Assembly: GCA_002269645.1 (NCBI GenBank)
Contig: NIVC01002811.1
Coordinates: 124,001 to 188,000 of the forward strand
DNA length: 64,000 nt
DNA from: Macrostomum lignano
Lineage: Eukaryota
Reading direction: 5' to 3'
The notes under the pieces are model-generated. The model worked only from the letters and a program-made list of their open reading frames with translations, was not told the origin of the DNA and ran no database searches. The translations under genes and the position numbers were made by a program. Shown here one piece after another: positions 26,040 through 36,515 of this stretch. How positions within the stretch are numbered: the stretch's first letter is position 1; every line of letters begins with the position of its first letter.

Positions 26040-27300
26040 GAAAGCTTAATATCAACATTTGAATATGATTGCAATTTATAACAACTTCAATGCGTTTCGC
26101 ACGAAATGGTGCATCGTCAAGATTTTATTAGAACGATTTGAGAAAGTGAGATTGAAAACGATTGATTAAATATTGGTTTTTGCAACGTACACAGGTAAGG
26201 AGGGTAAGATTGAAAACAATTGATAACAACTTGGCTTAAACAACACACATAACATAAGTAGGCAGGAGATCGAAAATTAAACCAAATGTACACAATTCTT
26301 GTTCAGTGGTCAAAAGGCAGAATCAGAGGCGGTAGCTTAAGTAATTGAACGTCAAGTTAAGTGCACACAGCGTACACGACTGTGTCACTCACTGTTCAGA
26401 AAACGCGGAGAACGTGACCTGCACCACTATGTTGTAATTGGGTGTTGAGATTCGGGGTCTGAGCTTTTATGTGCAGAGCCTCGAGAATTCTAAGTTTGGC
26501 GTCAGTATGGCTTTGGTCAATGATTTTAAAGTGTTCTTCTGGTTTGCAGTCATTGCAGTTAGTGCATTCAAGGAGGTGAGTTTGTATAGCAGATGGTTTG
26601 AGCCAGTGTTCCCTGATCCTCGTGTGTAGGTGTCTTTTGGTTTTCCCCACGTAGGAGACGCTCTGGTCCACAGAGCAGTTAAATTGATAGACAACACCTG
26701 CACGCAGAGTACAAGGAACACGCGACTTTAATCTGCTAACAAAGTTCCCAATCTTGTTCGTGTGGAAGACGACCCGAATGTTACGATTGAAAGAGGCAAA
26801 GAATAACCTACGCATTCTGTTTTTAAAGGCTAGAGATGGAGGTCCGAGGAAGGGGAGATGCAGAATGGGTTCAAATTCTTCAGTGGTAACAGATTGCTCA
26901 GGTTTTTGTTTGGTGATTTTGTCCGAGATGAACTTGTTGATGATTTTTTGAACCAGAAAACGGGGTAGTCATTTTGATGGAACAGTCTGGTGAGGAACTG
27001 CACCTCCCGGTCAAAGTTGATCCAGGTGTTACAGGTAGTGAAAGCTCTATGGAGCAAACACCTCACGAGCCTAGTTTTCCATTGTCTGGGGCAAGTGGCT
27101 TGGAAGTTGAGAATGAGATTGGTAAAGCTTTGCTTACGGAAGACTTTTGTGGAGAGGGTTTCCTTACTGTAGTCAATGTCAATGTCCAGGAAGGGGAGTC
27201 TTTGGTCAACAGCATGTTCAACCGTGAATTTTATGTTCTTATGAGTGGAATTGAGAGCGTGGAGGAACTGATCAATTTGATTTGATTTTCGCAACTGGAC
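26040..27300 (-). mobile_element. 5'-truncated Penelope-like retroelement: RT C-terminus/thumb plus GIY-YIG endonuclease, frameshifted
   Basis: ALNSTHKNIKFTVEH..LPFLDI..VFRK..LLHRAF..LFHQNDYP (Penelope RT/thumb); GVVYQFNC..YVGKTKRHLHTRIREH..LRILEALHIK..PNLNTQ (GIY-YIG). The YxDD motif is absent (truncated). Confidence 0.9.
26088..26125 (-). ncRNA. Candidate degenerate minimal hammerhead ribozyme in the Penelope 3' repeat
   Basis: Minus strand reads CTTGACGAT-GCAC-CATTTC-GTGC-GAAACGCATT: a variant core plus stem II plus GAAA, with a near-palindromic ACGC(A/G)T stem III. Confidence 0.4.
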
Positions 27301-27974
27301 ATCGCTGCAGTCGCAGCAGTCGAGAAGATATTAAAATAATCGGCTAAATCTGACATGGCCCGGCAGGTGTGTCCGCATGGCATTCGGAAAAGTATTTTAA
27401 GTTACGTAGTATGAGTAAAGACTAAGAGCTAAGAAGAAGCAGGGAGCTTGAAATCATGAATGCATGTGCCCTGCCTCAGCTCTGTCTTTTGTGTGCACAA
27501 AGACAGTTTTAGACTCTGCAGTTACGATGACTAACTGGAAATTCAACGTACATTTGTACTGTTTTTAGTATCAAAAATACAATGTACAATAGCATGTGAT
27601 TTTTCATATGCCTCATATTCTCTCTCCACTCTTCCCCATTTTTTACATTGCTCGCTCATACCCTTCCGTCTAGCCGCTAGCGGGAACGAGCCCTAGCAGG
27701 CCTGGTCTGTTGTCTGTTATTGGTTAATGTTTTTTGGCTAAGAGGCTGCTAAAAATTTTTTTTCGGCAAAGTGAAGTTTCGGCCTAATGAAGTTTCGGCC
27801 TTACGAAAGAGCGTGCTAGTCATTTCGGCAAAGTGAAGTTTCGGCCTAGTGAAAGAGGCAGCTAAAATTATTTTTCGGCAAAGTGAAGTTTCGGCCTAAT
27901 GAAGTTTCGGCGTTGTGAAGGAAGATGCTTTTGGCAAAGTGAAATTTCGGCCTAGTGAAACCCCCCCCCCCGTG

Positions 27975-28320
27975 TTATAGGGGAGTGTTATAAGCCAAAT
28001 TGTGCATGTGGTGCAGAGAGCATCTGCCAAAATCAACAAGGCTAGTAGGCTAGTGAATGATCCATGGTTCTTCAGGCACACAGCAGCCCCACTCTTTGCA
28101 CCATGCATCACATTGTAGTTTTCTCTCATGACAGCCAGGTAGTTAACCTTTGAAACTGCTTCAGCCAGGTGTTTGGCCATAGCAGAAGTTATATTTGGCA
28201 AAGCAATGTACATCGTATGTATGTTAAACGAATCCCCTGGTAGATAGTGCACAACATTGCCTAGGTATTTCACTCCATTGTTTGTCTCATCCAGATGCAG
28301 TTGTGCATACATGCGCAAGC
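27975..28320 (-). pseudogene. hAT transposase fragment (catalytic region)
   Basis: LHLDETNNGVKYLGNVVHY resembles the first catalytic D (LDETTD); RENYNVMHGAKSGAAVCLK resembles DNASVMxGxKSGVxxxLK. Confidence 0.6.
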
Positions 28321-28418
28321 GCAACCCCCCTGATTTACACTGGCCATGCGACAATTTTTTTGACCAAAAATGTGACTTACCTGCGAAAGAAACCCTAAAG
28401 CAAAATTAACGCAGATTT

Positions 28419-28489
28419 GGGTAAACGGCAGGAGTAACTATGACTGTCTTATCATTTAATAATATTAAATGCCTCGGCATCTAATTAGT
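28419..28489 (+). pseudogene. 28S rRNA fragment (R2 target site), copy 2; not an rRNA gene
   Basis: GGGTAAACGGCAGGAGTAACTATGACTGTCTTA-TCATTTAATAATATT-AAATGCCTCGGCATCTAATTAGT; shares about 46 bp of non-rDNA flank with copy 1. Confidence 0.85.
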
Positions 28490-29536
28490 ACTACGTCCGT
28501 ATTCTTTGGGGTGGCATTTTTGCGACTTACCCCTGGTCCACCACAATTTACGGTGGCCAGATCGGCCAGCAGTTGCGCATATATGCAGTTGTGTATCACT
28601 CTGTCTCTCACTTTGGCAAAAGCTTCCATTAGCAGATATGCTTTGCTTTGTTCACAGCGTATCCAGCTTATACAGATATGAGGGAAAGATAAAGGATTAG
28701 CATAGTATAGCAAAGTGCCAAAGTGTTATTAGATCGCGCAGTTTGCTAGCTTGACTGCTGCTAATTTGTTGAATTAGTTCCATAATTCTCTATTATCTCG
28801 CCGTGGTATTTCGGTCATCCCATTTGCATCTCTAAGCTACAGTCAATCCCTAGCTACTCTCTATGCCTCTTAGGGCATTCTGAATATTGCATGGCGCTGA
28901 GGGCTCTTACAATATACTCGGCTATTTTAACTGGATTATCAGAGCTGCCAGCGTTTGTACTTTCGAATACTACATCCGCATCAACCCTTCCCAGGGCCTT
29001 TCTAGACCCTTGGAGTGTCTCCGCATTTTCAATGGTTTTATCATCAACTGGCTTTGTTTTTTTAATATTGATTTTCTATTTCCATGGCATCAGAATGCTG
29101 GTTGCGGTTTTTCAAATTGAAAACCGAAAATCAATTTTTATCAGCGCTTCCTTGAATCTGTGTCATCACGGAGGCAAACCTTTGGCATAAAAGAATTAAA
29201 CGTGATAAAAAAGAATGCAATTTTGTGTTTTTTTCTGGCTAATAGCCTTGGCAGAGATGTAATTGTTGTCTAGCCAAGTCTACTTGTAGTGAAAGCAGGT
29301 GACTGGGAAGAACCTGTACCTACTAGACAGAGACCCTAATCATTGCCCTAGAAGAAACTAGTAACAAAGTACCGTGACGACGGCGCACCTGAACACGCGG
29401 CTTACTTGCCTGGAAGCTTCCCAGGAGTCCTGCCCGTACCCCTCATCGATGCGGTCTGTAATTCTCAGTTTGTCTCGAGTCAATGCTAGGACTGAGCCGA
29501 GCTCACCTGCAAGTGTTAAACGATCTTGGAGCAAAT

Positions 29537-29836
29537 ATAATAATAATAATTGATTGCGCCTACCCTACTGGCCAGATGTGCAACCGACAGCTCAGCCGCA
29601 GCTATTGCGCGGTGCATCTGAAGGCTGCGTTACGGCTGTTCAGTCCAAGGACTGGGGGGTCGCCACACAGCCTCAATTATTACCCCAGCTAATGCTGGCA
29701 CCCACTTGGGTGAACTGAAGCAATGCAGAGTTGAGTGTCTTGCTCAAGGACACAAATTGTTCCGAGTAGGTCGAGAATCGAACCCCCGACCTTTCAGTCG
29801 TGAGTACGACGCTCTAACCACTAGGCTACAACCCCC
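29537..29836 (-). mobile_element. tRNA-derived SINE with CORE/V-SINE-like central domain and (ATT)n tail, about 100 bp upstream of the MEK ATG
   Basis: A box TAGCCTAGTGG; B box GGTTCGATTCTC; central TGTGTCCTTGAGCAAGACACTCAAC; tail ATTATTATTATT. Confidence 0.8.
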
Positions 29837-29939
29837 TAGATATCAACCCTCTATAGTGCACATTAAAGCACGAACACTATCAGTAACATTTGAGGTAACG
29901 GGTAACTTGCCTACACATTGCAGCCACTGCCAGCAAAGC

Positions 29940-32900
29940 ATGGAAGGAGCCGGTCGTAAAAACCTAATGAATTTGACAATCCCAACATCAAGCGCAGGTG
30001 GTGGAAGCGGTGGCGGCGGCGGCGGCGGCAGCGGCAGTGACTCCGAGCAGAAAAGCGCCACAGGCGTAGTCGATGTGCAACGAGTGATGAAGAAGATGGA
30101 CGAGCAGGGCGAAGAGCTGGACGAGAGCCAGCGACAGAAGCTTGTAGAGTTTGTGCGCCGCAAGCACACTATTGGCGAACTGAAGAATGACGACTTTGCC
30201 GATATTGTTGAGCTTGGCTGCGGCTCTTCCGGTGTTGTACAGCGAGTGTTGCACAAGCCGACTAAACAGGTGATGGCTAGGAAGCTGATCCACCTGGAGA
30301 TTAAGCCGTCTGTGCGCACTCAGATTATTCGCGAGTTGGAGGTTAGTTCTGGCTGATCAATTTTTCATCTCCATAGTCGTATTGAGACATTTATTATGTT
30401 GAAGTCTATTAAAAATGTTTTATGATTTGTTTGGAATCACCCTGAACTCACTTAAAATCACCCTAAAGTACTCCCTCGGAATCACCCTGAACTCATGCAG
30501 ATCACACTGAACTCCCTCAGAATCACCCTGAACTCACTGAGAATCACCCTAAACTCATTCAGAATCATCATGAACTACTTCAGAATCACCCTGAACTCAC
30601 TGAGAATCACCCTGAACTCACTGAGAATCACCCTGAACTCACTGAGAATCACCCTGAACTCACTGAGAATCACCCTGAACTCACTGAGAATCACCCTGAA
30701 CTCACTGAGAATCACCCTGAACTCACTGAGAATCACCCTGAACTCCCTCAGAATCACCCTGAACTCACTGAGAATCACCCTGAACTCCCTCAGAATCACC
30801 CTGAACTCACTGAGAATCAACCCTGAACTCACTGAGAATCACCCTGAACTCCCTCAGAATCATCCTGAACTCCCTCAGAACCACCCTGAGCTCACTCAAA
30901 ATCACTCTGAACTCCCTCAAAATTACCCTGAACTCACTGAGAATCAACCCTGAACTCACTGAGAATCACCCTGAACTCACTGAGAATCACCCTGAACTCA
31001 CTCAGAATCACCCTGAACTCCCTCTGAATCACCCTGAACTCCCTCAGAATCATCCTGAACTCCCTCAGAACCACCCTGAACTCACTCAAAATCACCCTGA
31101 ACTCACTCAAAATCAACCCTGAACTCACTCAGAATCACCCTGAACTCACTGAGAATCACCCTGAACTCACTCAGAATCACCCTGAACTCACTCAGAATCA
31201 CCCTGAACTCACTGAGAATCACCCCGAACTTCCCTCAGAGTTGCCTTAAACTCGAACTCCACAATCCTCATGCACTCTCAGCTAATATAATAATTGAACC
31301 GTCTGCCAGGTGCTGCACTCGTGCAACAGCCCGTACATTGTGGGCTATTTCGGCGCATTCTTTGTCGACTCGTCGGCCACAATCAGCATCTGCATGGAGT
31401 ACATGAACGCTGGCTCGCTCGACTTGGTGTTGAAGCAGGCCGGCCGGCTGCCCGAGCCTATCGTGTCTAAGATCACCTTCTCTGTGCTTCGGGGCCTCAT
31501 CTACCTTCGGCAGAATATCAACTGCCTGCATCGGTGAGTTTCGGAGTTTTGTCATCCTGACCCACTGGGTCAACATGAACTCTAATCCTGACCCACGTGC
31601 TGACCCGTTGAGTCAATAAGGATTCCGCTTACTGACCCGCAACCCTGACCCACTGGGTCAACAGGGATTCTGCCTACTGACCCGCAACCCTGACCCACTG
31701 GGTCAACAGAGATTCCGCATACTGACCCGCAACCCTGACCCACAGGGTCAACAGGGATTCCGCATACTGACCCGCAACCCTGACCCACTGGGTCAACAGG
31801 GATTCTGCCTACTGACCCGCAACCCTGACCCACTGGGTCAGCAGGGATTCCGCATACTGACCCGCAACCCTGACCCACTGGATCAACAGGGATTCTGCCT
31901 ACTGACCCGCAACCCTGACCCACTGGGTCAGCAGGGATTCCGCATACTGACCCGCAACCCTGACCCACTGGGTCAGCAGGGATTCCGCCTACTGACCCGC
32001 AACCCTGACCCACTGGGTCAGCAGGGATTCCGAATACCGACCCGCAACCCTGACCCACTGGGTCAGCAGGGATTCCGAATACCGACCCGCAACCCTGACC
32101 CACTGGGTCAACAGGGATTCCGCCTACTGACCCGCAACCCTGACCCACTGGGTCAGCAGGGATTCCGCCTACTGACCCGCAACCCTGACCCACTGGGTCA
32201 GCAGGGATTCCGCATACTGACCCGCAAGTCTCTCCCTCAACCCGCAGCGACGTAAAGCCGTCAAACATTCTCGTCAACCTGGAGGGCGAGTGCAAACTGT
32301 GCGACTTCGGCGTCTCCGGCCAGCTGATTGACAGCATGGCCAACAGCTTCGTGGGCACCCGGTCCTACATGGCCCCGGAGAGGCTCAATGGCGAAGAGTA
32401 CTCAATCCTGTCCGACATCTGGTCGATGGGACTCAGCCTGATCGAGCTGGCCACGGGCCGGTACCCGATCCCGCAGCCGGACAGCCGGGATTACACCAAC
32501 ATATTCAGCAGCGACAGGCAGCAGAACCTGCGCGAGCACATGGAAGCGGCCAAGACTGGCAAACGGCTGAGATGTGAGCTCACGATTTCAGTAAATCTGT
32601 AAACTGTAATATCTGTAATATTTGTAGTTTTTGTAAACTATTATCAAATATCCAATGCTCGAAATCTTAAAAAAACGATTTTATGATCTGTTTGGAATCG
32701 CCCTGAAATGCCTCAGAATCGCCCTGAACTCCCTCAGGATCGCCCTGAACTCCCTCAGGATCGCCCTGAACTTCCTCAGAATCACCCTGAAATGCCTCAG
32801 AATCGCCCTGAAATGCCTCAGAATCCCCCTGAAATGCCACAGAATCGCCCTGAACTCCCTCAGGATCGCCCTGAACTCCCTCAGGATCGCCCTGAACTCC

Positions 32901-33383
32901 CTCAGGATCGCCCTGAACTTCCTCAGAATCACCCTGAACTTCCTCGGAGTCGCCCTAAACTCCCTCATAATGACCCTAAACTTTGTAAACTGTCTTCACC
33001 TTATAATTATAGCTGTTACTAAAAGTAGGCTGAAGCGGACATCAACCCAATTCCTACAAATGTCCGCAGGCATGGAGGCTCCCCAGAACGGGCCGAAGCA
33101 GATGGCCATATTCGAGCTGCTATCCTACATTGTCTACCAGCAGCCGCCCAAGCTGCCCAGCTTTGCCTTCAGCGAAGAATTCTGCGACTTCGTCGACTGC
33201 TGCCTGCGCAAGAATCCCAAAGAACGCGTCGGCTTAGAGAGCCTGATGCGTCACGATTTCCCTAAAAAGTACGAAGAGGAACCGGAAGTCAGTCTGGGCA
33301 AATACCTGGGCGCTATATTAGACCACGGGCATCCGGTGCTGGGCGCCTCGTCTAGCAGCTCCTCTTTGGCTAATCCGCAGTGA
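29940..33383 (+). CDS. MAP2K1/2: Dual-specificity MAP kinase kinase MEK1/2 (Dsor1-like). Exons 29940-30341, 31310-31533, 32248-32573, 33070-33383
   Basis: N-terminal basic/hydrophobic D-site (RKNLMNLTI), [69 protein letters not shown]. Splice phases (0,2,1) are consistent. Confidence 0.96.
30436..31240. repeat. 21-bp minisatellite AATCACCCTGAACTCACTGAG (MEK intron 1)
   Basis: Direct inspection. Confidence 0.95.
31555..32226. repeat. 45-bp minisatellite with internal hairpin TGACCCA-C-TGGGTCA (MEK intron 2)
   Basis: Direct inspection; the 15-aa periodicity of the spurious ORF matches 45 bp. Confidence 0.95.
32696..32965. repeat. 21-bp minisatellite AATCGCCCTGAACTCCCTCAG (MEK intron 3), same family as intron 1
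   Basis: Direct inspection. Confidence 0.93.
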
Positions 33384-33556
33384 GGATATTGGCACTGATA
33401 TTACCCAATTGGCAGGTACTAATTTGTGTCCTCATCAGCTCTAATGCCTCATTAGCCGCTTTGCGTTGCGACATCCGTCCTCTGTCTCGTCCCGGGATTT
33501 CGCTATATTGGCTGATTGCACTCTAGCATATATAAATAATGTTGTGAAGTCTATAT

Positions 33557-33562
33557 AATAAA
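33557..33562 (+). promoter_or_regulatory. Candidate polyadenylation signal of MEK
   Basis: AATAAA 174 nt after the stop codon, before the 35-mer satellite. Confidence 0.4.
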
Positions 33563-33644
33563 AATCTTATCTTAAAATTTAAACGGATTAGTTAAACCAA
33601 TTAGTATGCTTTTATTATACTTGACTAGCCCAGACCAAGCTCTT

Positions 33645-35610
33645 TAGCCCCCGCTGTGCAGTCACCCCAGACCAATCACCAACCCCCAGCCCCCGCTGTG
33701 CAGGCACCCCAGACCAATCACCAACCCCCAGCCCCCGCTGTGCAGGCACCCCAGACCAACCCCCAGCCCCCGCTGTGCAGTCATCCCAGACCAATCACCA
33801 ACCCCCAGCCCTCGCTGTGCAGTCACCCCAGACCAACCCCCAGCCCCCGCTGTGCAGTCACCCCAGACCAACCCCCAGCCCCCGCTGTGCAGTCACCCCA
33901 GACCAACCCCCAGCCCCCGCTGTGCAGTCACCCCAGACCAATCACCAACCCCAGCCCCCGCTGTGCAGTCACCCCAGACCAACCCCCAGCCCCCGCTGTG
34001 CAGTCACCCCAGACCAACCCCCAGCCCCCGCTGTGCAGTCACCCCAGACCAATCACCAACCCCCAGCCCCCGCTGTGCAGTCATCCCAGACCAATCACCA
34101 ACCCCCAGCCCCCGCTGTGCAGTCACCCCAGACCAACCCCAGCCCCCGCTGTGCAGTCACCCCAGACCAACCCCCAGCCCCCGCTGTGCAGTCACCCCAG
34201 ACCAATCACCAACCCCCAGCCCCCGCTGTGCAGTCATCCCAGACCAATCACCAACCCCCAGCCCCCGCTGTGCAGTCACCCCAGACCAACCCCCAGCCCC
34301 CGCTGTGCAGTCACCCCAGACCAACCCCCAGCCCCCGCTGTGCAGTCACCCCAGACCAACCCCCAGCCCCCGCTGTGCAGGCACCCCGGACCAACCCCCA
34401 GCCCCCGCTGTGCAGTCACCCCAGACCAACCCCCAGCCCCCGCTGTGCAGTCACCCCAGACCAACCCCAGCCCCCGCTGTGCAGTCACCCCAGACCAACC
34501 CCAGCCCCCGCTGTGCAGGCACCCCGGACCAACCCCCAGCCCCCGCTGTGCAGTCACCCCAGACCAATCACCAACCCCAGCCCCCGCTGTGCAGGCACCC
34601 CAGACCAATCACCAACCCCCAGCCCCCGCTGTGCAGGCACCCCAGACCAACCCCCAGCCCCCGCTGTGCAGTCATCCCAGACCAATCACCAACCCCCAGC
34701 CCTCGCTGTGCAGTCACCCCAGACCAACCCCCAGCCCCCGCTGTGCAGTCACCCCAGACCAACCCCTAGCCCCCGCTGTGCAGTCACCTCAGACCAACCC
34801 CCAGCCCCCGCTGTGCAGTCACCCCAGACCAACCCCCAGCCCCCGCTGTGCAGTCACCCCAGACCAATCACCAACCCCCAGCCCCCGCTGTGCAGTCATC
34901 CCAGACCAATCACCAACCCCCAGCCCCCGCTGTGCAGTCACCCCAGACCAACCCCCAGCCCCCGCTGTGCAGTCACCCCAGACCAACCCCCAGCCCCCGC
35001 TGTGCAGTCACCCCAGACCAACCCCCAGCCCCCGCTGTGCAGGCACCCCGGACCAACCCCCAGCCCCCGCTGTGCAGTCACCCCAGACCAACCTCCAGCC
35101 CCCGCTGTGCAGTCACCCCAGACCAACCCCAGCCCCCGCTGTGCAGTCACCCCAGACCAACCCCCAGCCCCCGCTGTGCAGGCACCCCGGACCAACCCCC
35201 AGCCCCGCTGTGCAGTCACCCCAGACCAACCCCCAGCCCCCGCTGTGCAGTCACCCCAGACCAACCCCCAGCCCCCGCTGTGCAGGCACCCCGGACCAAC
35301 CCCCAGCCCCCGCTGTGCAGTCACCCCAGACCAACCCCCAGCCCCCGCTGTGCAGGCACCCCGGACCAACCCCCAGCCCCCGCTGTGCAGTCACCCCAGA
35401 CCAACCCCCAGCCCCCGCTGTGCAGTCACCCCAGACCAACCCCCAGCCCCCGCTGTGCAGTCACCCCAGACCAACCCCCAGCCCCCGCTGTGCAGTCACC
35501 TCAGACCAACCCCCAGCCCCCGCTGTGCAGGCACCCCGGACCAACCCCCAGCCCCCGCTGTGCAGGCACCCCAGACCAACCCCCCCAGCCCCCGCTGTGC
35601 AGTCACCCCA
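33645..35610. repeat. C-rich 35/42-bp minisatellite ACCAACCCCCAGCCCCCGCTGTGCAGTCACCCCAG downstream of MEK
   Basis: Direct inspection; explains the 600+ aa spurious ORFs. Confidence 0.96.
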
Positions 35611-36099
35611 GCCGGTGGCTATGAAACAAGCAAAATTAATACGCTAGTATTTTTCATCGTTCGCCTATTTTAACAGCTGACAATAATATATAATGTTTAA
35701 CTCGTCTAATGATGTTTGGTACAATCGCTTAAGTGAAGCTAGCTTTTAAACTTTTAAACCACCATCTAGTCTAGTGGCACTGTCGTTGTTTCTCTTCGTG
35801 AATATATAATTATGCTTTGATGAGTTGATTCACGCTGAATCTGCCTGCTTATTACTGACTGTCAGTTATTCCCCGTTATATGGATGACAATTGCGTGTGA
35901 TATCTGGCAATTCAGCATTGCCTCTACACTGTTTTCTGGCTTTTCCTCTAATATCTGTGTTGATAGTTTTAGATGGCACCGTTGTTGCTACTTCAAGTAG
36001 CGTACTTGCTTCTTTTGCACTGCTGTTTAACGTTAAGAATTTGATAGATTATATTTCGCAACTTTTAAATGTTGTTGATTGTTATAAACAATGCCGCAC

Positions 36100-36515
36100 A
36101 ATGTACACCCTTATCAGATCAGCAACCCCTGCCACCCACAGTGTACTCACCCTTATCAGATCAGCAACCCCTGCCGCCCACAATGTACTCACCCTTATCA
36201 GATCAGCAACCCCTGCCGCCCACAATGTACTCACCCTTATCAGATCAGCAACCCCTGCCGCCCACAATGACTCACCCTTATCAGATCAGCAACCCCTGCC
36301 GCCCACAATGTACTCACCCTTATCAGATCAGCAACCCCTGCCGCCCACAATGTACTCACCCTTATCAGATCAGCAACCCCTGCCGCCCACAGTGTACTCA
36401 CCCTTATCAGATCAGCAACCCCTGCCGCCCACAGTGTACTCACCCTTATCAGATCAGCAACCCCTGCCGCCCACAGTGTACTCACCCTTATCAGATCAGC
36501 AACCCCTTCCGCCTT
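36100..36515. repeat. 42-bp minisatellite TACTCACCCTTATCAGATCAGCAACCCCTGCCGCCCACAATG
   Basis: Direct inspection. Confidence 0.95.

Larger units (their letters stand above)
21600..27960. mobile_element. Putative extent of the MULE-like DNA transposon, bounded by inverted repeats with tandem subunits
   Basis: 21601-21657 (GCACGCTCTTTCATAAGGCCGAAACTTCACTTTGCC..) is the reverse complement of about 27745-27816; the GAAGTTTCGGCC unit repeats tandemly to 27960. No TSD identified. Confidence 0.45.

Noticed and set aside
25546-28489. A true rDNA locus or intact R2 insertion between the two 28S fragments
   Set aside because: The fragments are only 64-71 nt, inverted relative to each other, and each contains both sides of the target. 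The element between them is Penelope (GIY-YIG), not R2.
28465-28713. 82-aa minus-strand ORF as a novel gene
   Set aside because: No recognisable motif; lies within TE-derived sequence and overlaps the rDNA fragment.
29760-29836. Functional tRNA-Val gene
   Set aside because: It has A/B boxes but no acceptor stem closure, and continues into a SINE core and (ATT)n tail.
33656-35673. 600+ aa proline-rich ORFs
   Set aside because: Translations of a 35/42-bp satellite that is open in several frames; no gene signals.
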